A stretch of 64,000 bases of DNA from Planctomycetota bacterium (GCA_041178545.1 JBEGVB010000062.1:10-64009), one strand, 5' to 3'. Shown: positions 54,992-64,000, counted from the first letter of the stretch. Program-made: numbers and translations. Notes: generated by a model not told the origin, from the letters alone.

Positions 54992-55750
54992 CTCGATCGC
55001 CTCCAGCACGCGCGACTCCAGCTGGATGGAGCGCAGCGGCGGCGGGCCCGAGACGAGCTTCTGCAGCATGGGTCCGTCCTCGGCCCGCGGGCTGATGCGC
55101 GGGTAGCCGCAGCACTGCAGGTAGGTGCACATCGCGATCCACCCCATGACCAGGTTGAAGTCGGGGAAGGGCGCGATGCGGGTGGCGCGCCAGAACACCC
55201 GGAAGGCACGGCGGACCGGGTGCAGGGCGTCGAACAGGTGCGGCAGGTCGCGGAAGCGGTTGGCTGGCTCGAAGGAACGCATCAGCTCGTCGAGGTCGTT
55301 TGGCTCCGGGTAGCTCACGTGGAGCATCGAGTCCCACGGCTTGTCGCGCCGCAGCACGTTGTTGCGGAAGCGGGGCAGGCGCGCCGTCATGGCCTCGAAC
55401 GCAGCCATCAGGAAGCAGCCGTCCATCTGCTGGCCGGAGGCGGCGAGGTCGTGCACCATCTGCAGCACGCGGTGCAGCCCGAGCACGAGGCCGTGTTCCT
55501 GCGTCGTCGGGCCAAGCCGCCCGGACCTGGCCTCCATCACCTCGCGCACGTCTTCCTCGAGCACCAGCAGCCCACGCAGCTGCAACAGGCTCGCGATCCA
55601 TGCAGCATCGCGGGGACTCGGGGACAGGATCCGGTCGCTGACGCGCTGTGCGAGTGCGATCGGCTCGGTGGTCCCGTTGAGGAAGCGGGATGCGATTGCG
55701 AGGTCGATGCGGTCGAGGATGCTGAAGTCGAGCTGTGCGGATTCGCCCAT
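54983..55750 (-). CDS. Fic-fold protein with ablated catalytic motif (predicted pseudoenzyme)
   Basis: Distal part of ORF 54983..55825 (ATG 55750 or 55825). Colinear with HTH-less Fic proteins. YPEPNDLDELMRSF...LHPVRRAFRVFWRATRIAPFPDFNLVMGWIAMCTYLQCCGYP sits where Fic has HPFxDGNGRxxRLL...GYP. Confidence 0.7.
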   Translation of the reverse strand: MGESAQLDFSILDRIDLAIASRFLNGTTEPIALAQRVSDRILSPSPRDAAWIASLLQLRGLLVLEEDVREVMEARSGRLGPTTQEHGLVLGLHRVLQMVHDLAASGQQMDGCFLMAAFEAMTARLPRFRNNVLRRDKPWDSMLHVSYPEPNDLDELMRSFEPANRFRDLPHLFDALHPVRRAFRVFWRATRIAPFPDFNLVMGWIAMCTYLQCCGYPRISPRAEDGPMLQKLVSGPPPLRSIQLESRVLEAIESL

Positions 55751-55880
55751 GGGGAGCACTCGGGGGGTGCTGCAGTGTGCACCGAGGAAAGGCCGCATGG
55801 GGCAGCGCAGGAACACGATGTCCACCCAGCGTCCGTGGGCGCGGTGGCACCGGGGGTTGGGCGGTCTCAGATTGCGCTGG

Positions 55881-57977
55881 TCAGCGGAACAGACGGGCTG
55901 CGCCGCTCGCGGGTGCCGTGGCAGGGCCAGGGGTGCCGTTCACGCCCGTGGCACTGCTGTCGTCGACGGGCACGCCGAGCGCGAGGGACTGCAGCTGCAG
56001 TGCGAGCGCGGCACCGAGCTCGGCGAACGCGAGAGGAGCACCCTTCAGGTAGGCGTCTTGCAGCCAGCCCGTGCTGCTGCTGCGACGCAGGAGGTATGCC
56101 GCGCCGCTGTCCACCGAGCCGTTGTCGGCCTCGTTGCCGTTCACCCCGACGGAGGAACCGTCCTCGCGCGGCGCACCGACGAGCAGCAGCTGGTCGGCAA
56201 CGGAGAGTGCCAGGCCGAAGCGGTCGCCAGCCTCGGTGTTGGAGGCCTTGAGGTACGCAGCCTGCGTCCATGTGCCGCCGACCAACCCGAACGCATAGGC
56301 GGCACCGCTGTCCGTGGCACCATTGTCCGCTTGGTTGCCGCCCGAGCCGGTGGCGCTGCTGTCCTCGTCGGGTGCGCCGACCGCGAGCAACGTGCCATCG
56401 AGAGCCAGTGCCGTGCCGAAGCGGTCCCCAGCATCCGGGTTGGAGGCCTTGAGGTACGCAGCTTGCGACCAGCCTGCTGCACCGCGTGCCAGCACGTAGA
56501 CAGCGCCACTGCCGGGCGCGGAGTCGTCTGCAGGGTCCGCTGCCGTTGCACTTGCCTCGCCCGGGGCGCCCACGACAAGCATGCTGCCCGAGGACCCTGC
56601 TGCGAGGGCGAAGCCGAACAGGTCGCCTGCGTCCGTGTTGGAGGCCTTGGCGTATGCGGCCTGCGACCATGCGGTGCCGCTGCGCTCGAACAGGTACACC
56701 GCACCGCTGTCCTGCTGCGAGTTGTCTGACTGGTCGCCCCCGATGCCCACGGCAGAGCTGTCCTCGCCCTCGGCCCCCACGGCAAGCAGGTTGCCGCGGA
56801 GGGCGAGTGCTGCACCGAAGGCATCGCCTGCCTGCGTGTTGGAGGCCTTCACGTAGGCCTGCTGGGACCAGACGGTGCCGTTGCGCACGAACACGTACAC
56901 CGCACCGCTGTCCTGCTGCGAGTTGTCCGACTGGTCGCCCCCGGTGCCCACGGCATTGCTGTCCTCGCCAAAGGCGCCGACCGCGAGCGTGTCGCCGTCC
57001 AACGCGAGGCTGAAGCCGAAGGCATCGAGGTCGTCGGTGTTCGAGGCCTTCAGGTATGCCTCCTGGGCCCAGATGCCGCCCGTGCGGCGGAACACGTACA
57101 CGGCACCGCTCGCCGGCTTGTTGTCGTTGTTCTGGTCGCCGTTGACGCCCGTTGCATCGCTTGCCTCCGACGGTGCGCCGACCGCGAGCGTGTCGCCGTC
57201 CAGTGCGATGCTGGTCCCGAACCCGTCGAACGCACCCGTGTTGGAGGCCTTCACGAACGCCTCCTGTGCGAGGGACGAAGCTGCCTGCCGGACCACCGTG
57301 ACCGTGGTGTCGCGGACCGTGGTGCCGTCAGCTGCCGTCACGCGCACGACGAGCACGTTGGGTCCGGGTGCAAGCGTGAGCGGCGGGCCCTGTTGGCCCG
57401 AGGCCACCACGGCGCCAGCCACCTCGATCGTCGCCGCGGGATCCTCCGCGGAGGCGGTGATGCGTGCGGCACCGGTGAGGAACGGCACGGTCCCGCCGCC
57501 GTAGGTTCGAACCGCAGGGTCGAAGCTGGGCGTGAGCACACCACTGGTCACGACCAGCGAGGCGAGCCGCGCGTTGTCGCTGAGACTGCGCAGCGCGTTG
57601 ACGACGTAGTCCTTCGTCACCGTGGTGTCGGGCGACACCACGCGCACGACAATCGGGTTGGCGCCAACGGCAAGGGGGTTGGGCAGGCTCGGCGAGCCGG
57701 AGGCCACGAGGACGCCATTGACCGTGATGGTCGCGCCCTGCCCTGCCGACGTGGGCGTGACCGTCAACGTGGTCGTCGCGTTGCGGACCGTCACCGAGTA
57801 GCCGGTGACCGCGGGGTCGAAGGCCGGCGTGAGAACACCGCTGGAGACCACCAGCGATGCAAGGTCGGCACTGGAAGCGCCGGGGTCGGGCCCGCTGGCA
57901 CCACCACCACCGCCGCACGCCTGCGCGAACAGGGCGAGCAAGAGGGCTGAGGCCTGCTTCCCAACCAACCTGCTCAT
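55881..57977 (-). CDS. lipoprotein: two cadherin-like beta-sandwich domains plus seven FG-GAP/integrin-like propeller repeats
   Basis: ORF 55881..57977. Lipobox LLALFAQA/C followed by GGGGG. Two copies of LASLVVSSGVLTPxFDPAV..Y (cadherin-like). Seven ~67-aa units: AYLKASNT..D.FG..LAL.GD.LAVGAP.EDS...GAVYVF. Confidence 0.85.
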   Translation of the reverse strand: MSRLVGKQASALLLALFAQACGGGGGASGPDPGASSADLASLVVSSGVLTPAFDPAVTGYSVTVRNATTTLTVTPTSAGQGATITVNGVLVASGSPSLPNPLAVGANPIVVRVVSPDTTVTKDYVVNALRSLSDNARLASLVVTSGVLTPSFDPAVRTYGGGTVPFLTGAARITASAEDPAATIEVAGAVVASGQQGPPLTLAPGPNVLVVRVTAADGTTVRDTTVTVVRQAASSLAQEAFVKASNTGAFDGFGTSIALDGDTLAVGAPSEASDATGVNGDQNNDNKPASGAVYVFRRTGGIWAQEAYLKASNTDDLDAFGFSLALDGDTLAVGAFGEDSNAVGTGGDQSDNSQQDSGAVYVFVRNGTVWSQQAYVKASNTQAGDAFGAALALRGNLLAVGAEGEDSSAVGIGGDQSDNSQQDSGAVYLFERSGTAWSQAAYAKASNTDAGDLFGFALAAGSSGSMLVVGAPGEASATAADPADDSAPGSGAVYVLARGAAGWSQAAYLKASNPDAGDRFGTALALDGTLLAVGAPDEDSSATGSGGNQADNGATDSGAAYAFGLVGGTWTQAAYLKASNTEAGDRFGLALSVADQLLLVGAPREDGSSVGVNGNEADNGSVDSGAAYLLRRSSSTGWLQDAYLKGAPLAFAELGAALALQLQSLALGVPVDDSSATGVNGTPGPATAPASGAARLFR
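55884..57260 (-). repeat. seven tandem ~201-bp coding repeats (propeller blades); units 2 and 3 share an identical 16-aa core
   Basis: Repeat starts at aa 240, 307, 374, 441, 507, 574 and 642 (AF/AYxKASN). GGDQSDNSQQDSGAVY occurs at aa 346-361 and 413-428, with near-identical DNA around 56.70 and 56.90 kb. Confidence 0.85.
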
Positions 57978-57984
57978 GCCGACC

Positions 57985-58332
57985 TCAGAACGGCTTGACG
58001 ATGGCGAGGCCCAGCCAGGCTGCCGTCACACCTGCGGCAATCGCCACCAACCATCCCAGCCACCGCGGCAGCACCGACTTGCTCACCAGGACGGGCAGTA
58101 CTGCAACCAACAGCCAGCAAGCGATCTTCACGTAGAGCCAGTTGTCCCAGGCAAGCGACTTGCGTGCGTGGATGCCGAAGCCAGCAACCAGCATCACCAG
58201 CAAGCCAAGGCCGTGCAGGACGAAGCCGAGCTTGGGACGCTTGTCGACCGGGGCCATCAAGAGCCCGCCCAGACCGAGGAACAACAGGATGAGTCCGACG
58301 ACGTGGAGGATGCGGTAGGTCTCGTAGCTCAT
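57985..58332 (-). CDS. small four-helix membrane protein
   Basis: Distal part of ORF 57985..58815. ATG 58332 MSYETYRILHVVGLILLFLGLGG. 115 aa. Lies 7 nt upstream of the FG-GAP lipoprotein gene. Confidence 0.65.
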   Translation of the reverse strand: MSYETYRILHVVGLILLFLGLGGLLMAPVDKRPKLGFVLHGLGLLVMLVAGFGIHARKSLAWDNWLYVKIACWLLVAVLPVLVSKSVLPRWLGWLVAIAAGVTAAWLGLAIVKPF

Positions 58333-58391
58333 GGGTACGGGGAGGTTGGCGGATGGTCGCGGCGCTGTCGAGCAAGAAGCACCGTAGGCGC

Positions 58392-60041
58392 TCACTGTTC
58401 GCGGTAGCGGTGCGAGACGGGCATGCGGCGTCCGCCCCAGCAGCGCTCGCTGACGCGCAGAGTGGGCGCGTACTGGAACCGCTTGTACTCCGTGGTGCAC
58501 ACGAGGCGGTGCAGCTCGGCAACCCGTGCGCGGGGCATGCCCGTGCGCGCAGCCGCCTGCTCGACGGTGAGCTGGTCCTCCACCAGGCACTTGAGGACGG
58601 GGTCCAGCTGCTCGTAGGGGGGCAGCGAGTCGGTGTCGAGCTGGCCGGGGCGCAGCTCGGCAGAAGGTGCCTTGGTGACCGAGCGGGAGGGGATCCGCTC
58701 GCGGTCGCGGTTGAGCCAGCGCGACAGCTCCCACACCTCGGTCTTCCACAGGTCGGCGATGGGTGCGAGGGCACCGCACATGTCGCCGTACAGGGTGCAG
58801 TAGCCGACCGCACACTCGCTCTTGTTGCCCGTGGTGAGCAGCAGGTGGCCGTGCTTGTTGGACCAGGCCATCAGCAACGCACCCCGCGCACGCGCCTGCA
58901 GGTTCTCCTCGGCAACACCAGGAGTGGTGCCGCGGAATGCAGGCTCCAGCACCCGGTCGAAGGCATCCTGCAACGGACCGATGGGCAGCTCGAGGAAGCC
59001 GATGCCGAGGTTGCGGGCAAGTGCTGCCGCATCCTCCCGGCTGTGGGAGGAACTGAAGGTCGAGGGCATGCCGATGCCCATGACGTTCTCCGGTCCCAGC
59101 GCGTCGGCAGCCAGCGTGGCAACGAGGGCCGAGTCGATGCCGCCGCTCAGGCCCACCACCGCCTTGGCGAAGCCGAACTTGGTGCCGTAGGCGCGGATGC
59201 CCTGTGTCAGGGCAAGGCGCGTCGCCTCCACGTCAGGCAGCCACTGCGGCACCACGTCCCAGCGAGCCGTCGTGTCCACCACCGCGAGGTGCTCTGCAAA
59301 GGCCACCGGCGGGAACGCCAGCCCCTCGGGCTTGCAGGCGAGGGAGCTGCCGTCGAACTGCATGTCGACGTTGCCTCCCACCTGGTTGACGTACACCATC
59401 GGCACGCGGTGGCGCACCGCGGCGGCCGCCACCATGCGGTGCCGGAACCGTTCCTTGCCGTGGCTCCACGGGCTGGCAGAGAGGTTGACGACCAGCTGTG
59501 CACCGGCAGCGACCACGCGTTCGACCGGGTCGAGTGCGTACTGGCGTCGCTCGAAGAACCTGGCGTCGTTCCAGCCGTCCTCGCACACCACGATGCCCAC
59601 GCGCATGCCGTCCAAGTCGAGCACATTGCGCTCGGGGTGCGTCCAGGGCTCGAAGTAGCGGGCCTCGTCGAACACGTCGTAGGTCGGCAGCAGCGACTTG
59701 CGGGCGACCACGGCACACGAGCCGCCGTGCAGGTGGGCAACCGCATTGCGCAGGTCCCTGCCGCCGAGCGCAGCATCCTGGTTGGCCTCGATGCAACCCA
59801 CCAGCACGTGCAGGTTGGGCGGCAGCTGGCCGGCAAGGCTGCGCAGCGCCTCGTCGTGCGCGGCGAGGAAGCCGCGCGCGAGCAACAGGTCCTCGGGCGG
59901 GTAGCCGCACACTGCCAGCTCGGGGAACACCGCGAGGCGCGCACCCTGCGAAGCCGCGCGGTCCGAGAACTCCCGGATGCGCGCACAGTTGCCGGCGAAG
60001 TCACCGACCGTGGTGTCGACCTGGCAGATGGCGACCTTCAT
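58392..60041 (-). CDS. nadE: glutamine-dependent NAD+ synthetase
   Basis: Distal part of ORF 58392..60224. ATG 60041 MKVAICQVD. CN-hydrolase FPELAVCGYPPEDL, IVVCEDGW. Synthetase GLSGGIDSALVA. Confidence 0.95.
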   Translation of the reverse strand: MKVAICQVDTTVGDFAGNCARIREFSDRAASQGARLAVFPELAVCGYPPEDLLLARGFLAAHDEALRSLAGQLPPNLHVLVGCIEANQDAALGGRDLRNAVAHLHGGSCAVVARKSLLPTYDVFDEARYFEPWTHPERNVLDLDGMRVGIVVCEDGWNDARFFERRQYALDPVERVVAAGAQLVVNLSASPWSHGKERFRHRMVAAAAVRHRVPMVYVNQVGGNVDMQFDGSSLACKPEGLAFPPVAFAEHLAVVDTTARWDVVPQWLPDVEATRLALTQGIRAYGTKFGFAKAVVGLSGGIDSALVATLAADALGPENVMGIGMPSTFSSSHSREDAAALARNLGIGFLELPIGPLQDAFDRVLEPAFRGTTPGVAEENLQARARGALLMAWSNKHGHLLLTTGNKSECAVGYCTLYGDMCGALAPIADLWKTEVWELSRWLNRDRERIPSRSVTKAPSAELRPGQLDTDSLPPYEQLDPVLKCLVEDQLTVEQAAARTGMPRARVAELHRLVCTTEYKRFQYAPTLRVSERCWGGRRMPVSHRYREQ

Positions 60042-60048
60042 GGAGGTG

Positions 60049-60969
60049 TCAGCGCAACTCGACCGGGAGCTGGAACTCGATCGTCTCGATCGTGCCCTCC
60101 ACCTCCTCGACCTCGGTGGCTCCCAGTTCGCGGAGGCGCGCAACCACGGCCTGCACGCTGCTCTCCGGCGTACTGGCGCCGGAGGTGACGCCCACGCGCT
60201 GCACGCCCTGCAGCCACTCGGCACGCACCTCGCCAGGACCGAGCACCAGCCAAGCCGGCACGCCCGAGTCGAAGGCGATCTCGCGCAGCCGGTTGCTGTT
60301 GGAGCTCATCGGGTCGCCGATCACGAGCCAGAGGTCGACCTTGCCGCGCAGGTTCTTCACCGCCATCTGGCGGTTGGTGGTCGCGTAGCAGATGTCCTCC
60401 TTGCGCGGGGTCTGCAGCTTGGGGAAGCGGCGCTTGAGCACGGACATGACCCGCATGGCCTCGTCGACACTCAGGGTGGTCTGGGTCAGGACGGCGACCT
60501 TGGCCGGGTCCGGCACCTGCACGTGTTCTGCCTCTTCCGGCGTCGCCACCACGATCGTCTGGTCCGGTGCCTCACCCACCACGCCCTCGACCTCCACGTG
60601 GTCCTCGTGGCCGATGAGGAGGATCGTGCAGCCCTGCTTGGCGAAGTGCTGGGCCTCCATGTGCACCTTGGTGACCAGCGGGCAGGTGGCGTCGATGGCG
60701 TGCAGGTGGAGCTGCCTTGCCTCGTCGAAGACGAAGGGCGCGACACCGTGGGCGGAGAAGATCACCCTGCTGCCGCTCGGGACGTCCTTCAGCTCGTCCA
60801 CGAAGACGGCACCCTTCTTCTGCAGGTCCTGCACCACGACCTTGTTGTGGACGATCTCGTGGCGGACGTAGACCGGTCGCCCGAAGCGCTCGATGGCACG
60901 TTCCACCGTCTCGATGGCCCGTTCGACGCCGGCACAGAAGCCTCGGGGGCGGCAGAGGTAGACCTTCAT
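60049..60969 (-). CDS. ispH: 4-hydroxy-3-methylbut-2-enyl diphosphate reductase
   Basis: Distal part of ORF 60049..61059. ATG 60969 MKVYLCRPRGFCAGVERAI, HEIVHN, ATCPLVTKVH, SSNSNRL. Confidence 0.95.
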   Translation of the reverse strand: MKVYLCRPRGFCAGVERAIETVERAIERFGRPVYVRHEIVHNKVVVQDLQKKGAVFVDELKDVPSGSRVIFSAHGVAPFVFDEARQLHLHAIDATCPLVTKVHMEAQHFAKQGCTILLIGHEDHVEVEGVVGEAPDQTIVVATPEEAEHVQVPDPAKVAVLTQTTLSVDEAMRVMSVLKRRFPKLQTPRKEDICYATTNRQMAVKNLRGKVDLWLVIGDPMSSNSNRLREIAFDSGVPAWLVLGPGEVRAEWLQGVQRVGVTSGASTPESSVQAVVARLRELGATEVEEVEGTIETIEFQLPVELR

Positions 60970-61138
60970 GGGGCGAGCAGTGTCGGCCCGATGGCGCGGG
61001 TGGGCAAGGGTCCGGCAGGATCCATCGCCGCCGACCCGCGGTCCCGCATCGGGACGCATGCGTCAAGCGGCCCAGGCGACCTGCCGAAGCTGGCAGTGGT
61101 GCCGTCGCACTTCACGGCGGCCCAGAGGGGAACCACAC

Positions 61139-62428
61139 ATGCGCCTCGAACAACTGGGTGCGCCGCAACAGGAGACACCACAACTCCGTTATGCGGTGCT
61201 GAACCGTGCCGTCGAGAACGGCCTTGCCTCGGACGAGGTCTGGCAGGACCTCGTCCACGTCTGTCTTGAACTCGGCCTCCAGAGCGAGGCCGTGCGCGCC
61301 TGGCGCAACATGCAGGATTCTCCTGCCAAGTTCGCGCTCGAGGCCCGCCTGCTGGGCCGCCCCGAGGACAACCGTGGTTCCAGCGAGTCCGACGCAGCTG
61401 CTGCTGCGACTGACACGCGCAACGCAATCACAGAGCTTTGTCGTTCGCTTCCCATGGGCGGTCGGTCGACCACGGAGCGGCACCCTCGCGGCGTCGCACA
61501 CGTTGGTCCCGACCGCCCGACCGTTCGCGAACACCTGACCGAAGCCTTCCACTTCCTGCTGCAGGACCAGATGCCGGTTGCCGCCCTGGTGGCGACCGTC
61601 AGCTTCCCCCTGCTGCTCGGGCTGGGCGGATTCATGGGCGCAGGCAACCCCACGGTGGTGTTGCCCCTGCTGGCCGCCGTCCCGGTGCTCGGGCTCCTCG
61701 GCATGGTGGGCGCACTCGGTCGCCGCATCCTCGTCGACGCCGCGAGCGGGGACTTCACGCCGCCGCACCTCCCTGCCTGCTGTGACCTCGTGCGGGACAG
61801 CCTCCGCTTCCTCCTCGACATCTCGCTCGTCGCCCTCGCGTGCTTCGGCCTGCCGGTCGCGCTGGCGCTGGCCGGGGTGTCGGCACCGGGCTGGACCATG
61901 CTGCTGTTCGCAAGTGCCCTCGTGGCCCCCATGGTCCACCTGGTGCGCCAGCTCAGGGGTGACGTCGGCTCGCTCAACCCACTCCTCGCCCTGCGTGCGA
62001 TCCGCGTCGACGCCAACCGCTACCTCGGGGTGGCTGTTGCATGCCTGGCACTCGCGGTGCCGGCACTTGCCACCGCGTTCCTCGCCCGCAGCGCACCGCT
62101 GTGGCTGCAGGCCTCGTTCGTCGGTCCGTTCGTCGTGGTCCCGCTGTTCGTGGCCTCGCGGATGCTGGGGACCTTTGCCGACAGCATCCATGTCGAGCTG
62201 CGCAAGGTCCTCTTCCCGGTCGAGCGCATCGAATCCGTCCGCAGCGCGACCAAGGTCGCCCCCCGCGCGAGGGTGCAGCCGAAGCCACTGCACCGGCTGG
62301 TGGACGACGAACCGTCGCTCCTGGACCACCTCGTTCAGGAGCCTGCCAACGGCTCGCGGCCGCTTCCCTCGCAGGGGACCCGCCGCGTGGAGCAACGCAA
62401 CCGCAGGATTGCCGCCGTACGCCGATAG
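61139..62428 (+). CDS. hypothetical polytopic membrane protein with soluble N-terminal domain
   Basis: Distal part of ORF 60968..62428. ATG 61139 is preceded by GAGGGG. About 140-aa soluble N-terminus, then about 6 TM helices and a basic C-terminal tail. Confidence 0.65.
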   Translation: MRLEQLGAPQQETPQLRYAVLNRAVENGLASDEVWQDLVHVCLELGLQSEAVRAWRNMQDSPAKFALEARLLGRPEDNRGSSESDAAAAATDTRNAITELCRSLPMGGRSTTERHPRGVAHVGPDRPTVREHLTEAFHFLLQDQMPVAALVATVSFPLLLGLGGFMGAGNPTVVLPLLAAVPVLGLLGMVGALGRRILVDAASGDFTPPHLPACCDLVRDSLRFLLDISLVALACFGLPVALALAGVSAPGWTMLLFASALVAPMVHLVRQLRGDVGSLNPLLALRAIRVDANRYLGVAVACLALAVPALATAFLARSAPLWLQASFVGPFVVVPLFVASRMLGTFADSIHVELRKVLFPVERIESVRSATKVAPRARVQPKPLHRLVDDEPSLLDHLVQEPANGSRPLPSQGTRRVEQRNRRIAAVRR

Positions 62429-62663
62429 CAGTCTGCGCCAGGGCCTTGCGGGCCCCACACCTCACCACGCGAGGCGTTGCCCAAGGCTCCCTCGCAGCCT
62501 TGCACCCGTCCTGCTGCAGTCGCTCACGACCGAGCCCGCCTTGAATCTGCCGGCTCCCTGCGCGAGGCGAATGTGCACGTGCCGCAGGTGAGACGCCCGA
62601 CGCGCCGACGACTCCTGTGCCCGCGAGCCTCCGGTGCCGAGAGGCACACCGAGGCCCAGAGTC

Positions 62664-63593
62664 CTAGGTACCGCCGAGGGTGCGCAGCCGTTCCCGCGCA
62701 CCCTTGTGCCCGAGTTCGGCGGCTCGGCGCAACCACTCCCTTGCCGCAGCCTCGTCCTTCTCGACCCCCGTGCCGTCCGCGAGGCACGTGCCCAGCATGT
62801 GGCATCCGTTCACGTGCCCTTGCTCCGCTGCCTTGCGGAACCATGCGACTGCGGCAACGGGGTCGCGCTCGGTGCCGAGCCCGCGCAGGGCACACTCGCC
62901 CAGGTGCACGTAGGCGCCTGCGAATCCCGCCTGTGCCGCCTTGCGGAACCATGCCACCGCCTCCTGCACGTCGGTACCGGTGCCCAGTCCCACGAGCAGG
63001 CAGTGTCCGAGCGAGTCCTGCGACTCCGCATGACCCTGGGCAGCAGCCTTGCGCAGCCACCCCACTGCGGCCCGAGGGTCCTTCGGCACCCCGTTCCCGG
63101 TGAGCAGGCAGGCGGCCAGCATGTCCTGTGCAACTGCGTTCCCCTGCTCGGCAGCGAGGCGGAGCATGACCGCGCCGGCCACGGGGTCTGCCGGCGTGCC
63201 GATGCCCCGCAGCAGGCATCGCCCGACGAGGGCGCGGGCCGGTGCATGCCCTGCGTCGGCAGCCTTGCGCAGCCATGCGAAGGCCACCTTGGCATCCCGT
63301 GCAGCACCTTCACCGTGCAGGTGCGCGCGGCCGACCTGGAACAGCGCCTCTGCATGACCCTGTTCGGCAGCACGCAGGTACCACCGCATCGCGGCAACGA
63401 GGTCCTTGTCCACGCCGAGCCCGTCGCGGAAGCACCGTGCCAGGTCGCACTGCTTCTGTGCGTCGCCGCCAGCGGCTGCAGCATCGAGCGCAGGACTCCA
63501 GCTCGGCGCAGGTTGCTGGGCCCTTGCCAACCCGACGAGGAGCAGCAGGGTCGTCAGGACAGTGGCAAGGGTGGCTCGTGCCGGCGCGATCAC
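62664..63593 (-). CDS. secreted Sel1-repeat protein
   Basis: Distal part of ORF 62664..63887. GTG 63593 gives VIAPARATLATVLTTLLLLVGLARAQ. About 7 Sel1 units (A..WLRKAA.QGHA.AQ..LG.C...G.G...D). Confidence 0.8.
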   Translation of the reverse strand: MIAPARATLATVLTTLLLLVGLARAQQPAPSWSPALDAAAAGGDAQKQCDLARCFRDGLGVDKDLVAAMRWYLRAAEQGHAEALFQVGRAHLHGEGAARDAKVAFAWLRKAADAGHAPARALVGRCLLRGIGTPADPVAGAVMLRLAAEQGNAVAQDMLAACLLTGNGVPKDPRAAVGWLRKAAAQGHAESQDSLGHCLLVGLGTGTDVQEAVAWFRKAAQAGFAGAYVHLGECALRGLGTERDPVAAVAWFRKAAEQGHVNGCHMLGTCLADGTGVEKDEAAAREWLRRAAELGHKGARERLRTLGGT

Positions 63594-63665
63594 GGCTGCA
63601 CGATAGGTGTGCCCCGTGTGTCGTTGGAACGGTATGGTTCGTGAAGAAACGCTGAACACACTCCC

Positions 63666-64000
63666 ATGCGCAACAAGGTCCTGATCGGTTACGGGCAGGG
63701 GTTCTGGGGCGACTCGATCCTCGGCCCCGTGCGCCTCGTGCGCGAAGGTCCCATCGACTACCTCGCCCTCGACTACCTGGCCGAGGTGACGATGAGCATC
63801 ATGCAGAAGCTGCGCGGCAGGAACCCGAAGGCGGGTTACGCCACGGACTTCGTCGCGATGCTCGACCGTACCCTGCCGGAGATCCACCAGAAGGGCATCC
63901 GCGTGGTGGCCAACGCGGGCGGCGTGAACCCGGGCGCGTGCCTCGATGCCGTGCTCGACCTCGCGCGCAAGAAGGGCATCAAGGGCCTCAAGGTGGGCAT
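63666..64000 (+). CDS. DUF1446/AtuA-like protein, N-terminal part only (runs off right edge)
   Basis: Not in ORF track. Hand translation from ATG 63666: MRNKVLIGYGQGFWGDSILGPVRLVREGPIDYLALDYLAEVTMSIMQKLRGRNPKAGYATDF... The N-terminus is typical of the acyclic-terpene-utilisation AtuA family. Confidence 0.7.
   Translation, partial: MRNKVLIGYGQGFWGDSILGPVRLVREGPIDYLALDYLAEVTMSIMQKLRGRNPKAGYATDFVAMLDRTLPEIHQKGIRVVANAGGVNPGACLDAVLDLARKKGIKGLKVG

Noticed and set aside
55884-57260. Regular ~200-bp repeats considered as a possible CRISPR-like or satellite array
   Set aside because: The repeats are in-frame coding units of a propeller protein with divergent sequence between units. There is no repeat-spacer architecture and no cas genes.

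Overview
Very GC-rich, gene-dense chromosomal window. I call 63 protein-coding genes, about three quarters on the minus strand. Two are edge-truncated genes absent from the ORF track. I found no rRNA, tRNA, CRISPR array, transposase, integrase or phage genes. Many of the longest track ORFs are antisense or out-of-frame shadows, or 5' over-extensions, as expected for high-GC DNA. I chose real frames by catalytic motifs, G/C-ending codon bias, signal peptides and stop/start coupling (ATGA, GTGA, TGATG overlaps). The track prints GTG/TTG starts as M. Housekeeping content: groES-groEL, recN, nadE, ispH, birA, moaA, rsmD, rluB, plsC, ugd, manA, ctaA/ctaB, and kynU-kynB-ridA. These are interleaved with envelope and secreted proteins: a TorF-like porin, a MORN-redoxin lipoprotein, a sulfatase, TPR/Sel1 proteins, and a cadherin-like plus 7-blade FG-GAP lipoprotein. 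Regulators are a Ser/Thr kinase, an ECF-like sigma, an orphan CheY and an NtrC-type activator. The mix suggests a diderm, Planctomycetota- or Myxococcota-like organism, but the lineage cannot be assigned from this window. Items most worth a second look: (1) an NtrC-family activator with a degenerate GAFTGA loop and pseudo-receiver, next to a near-consensus -24/-12 promoter, heading a peptide/hydroxyproline-type gene string; (2) a tightly coupled membrane protein-SprT-XdhC-giant beta-sandwich-signal-less PBP operon with no molybdoenzyme; (3) a Fic-fold protein whose catalytic motif is ablated; (4) a zinc-ribbon protein with a 66-residue, 88% Asp/Glu tail; (5) an AT-rich 11-bp direct repeat and palindrome abutting the recN start (candidate SOS operator); (6) an ABC exporter translationally coupled to heme O/A synthases. 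All functional calls come from motif recognition by eye. No database search was run.
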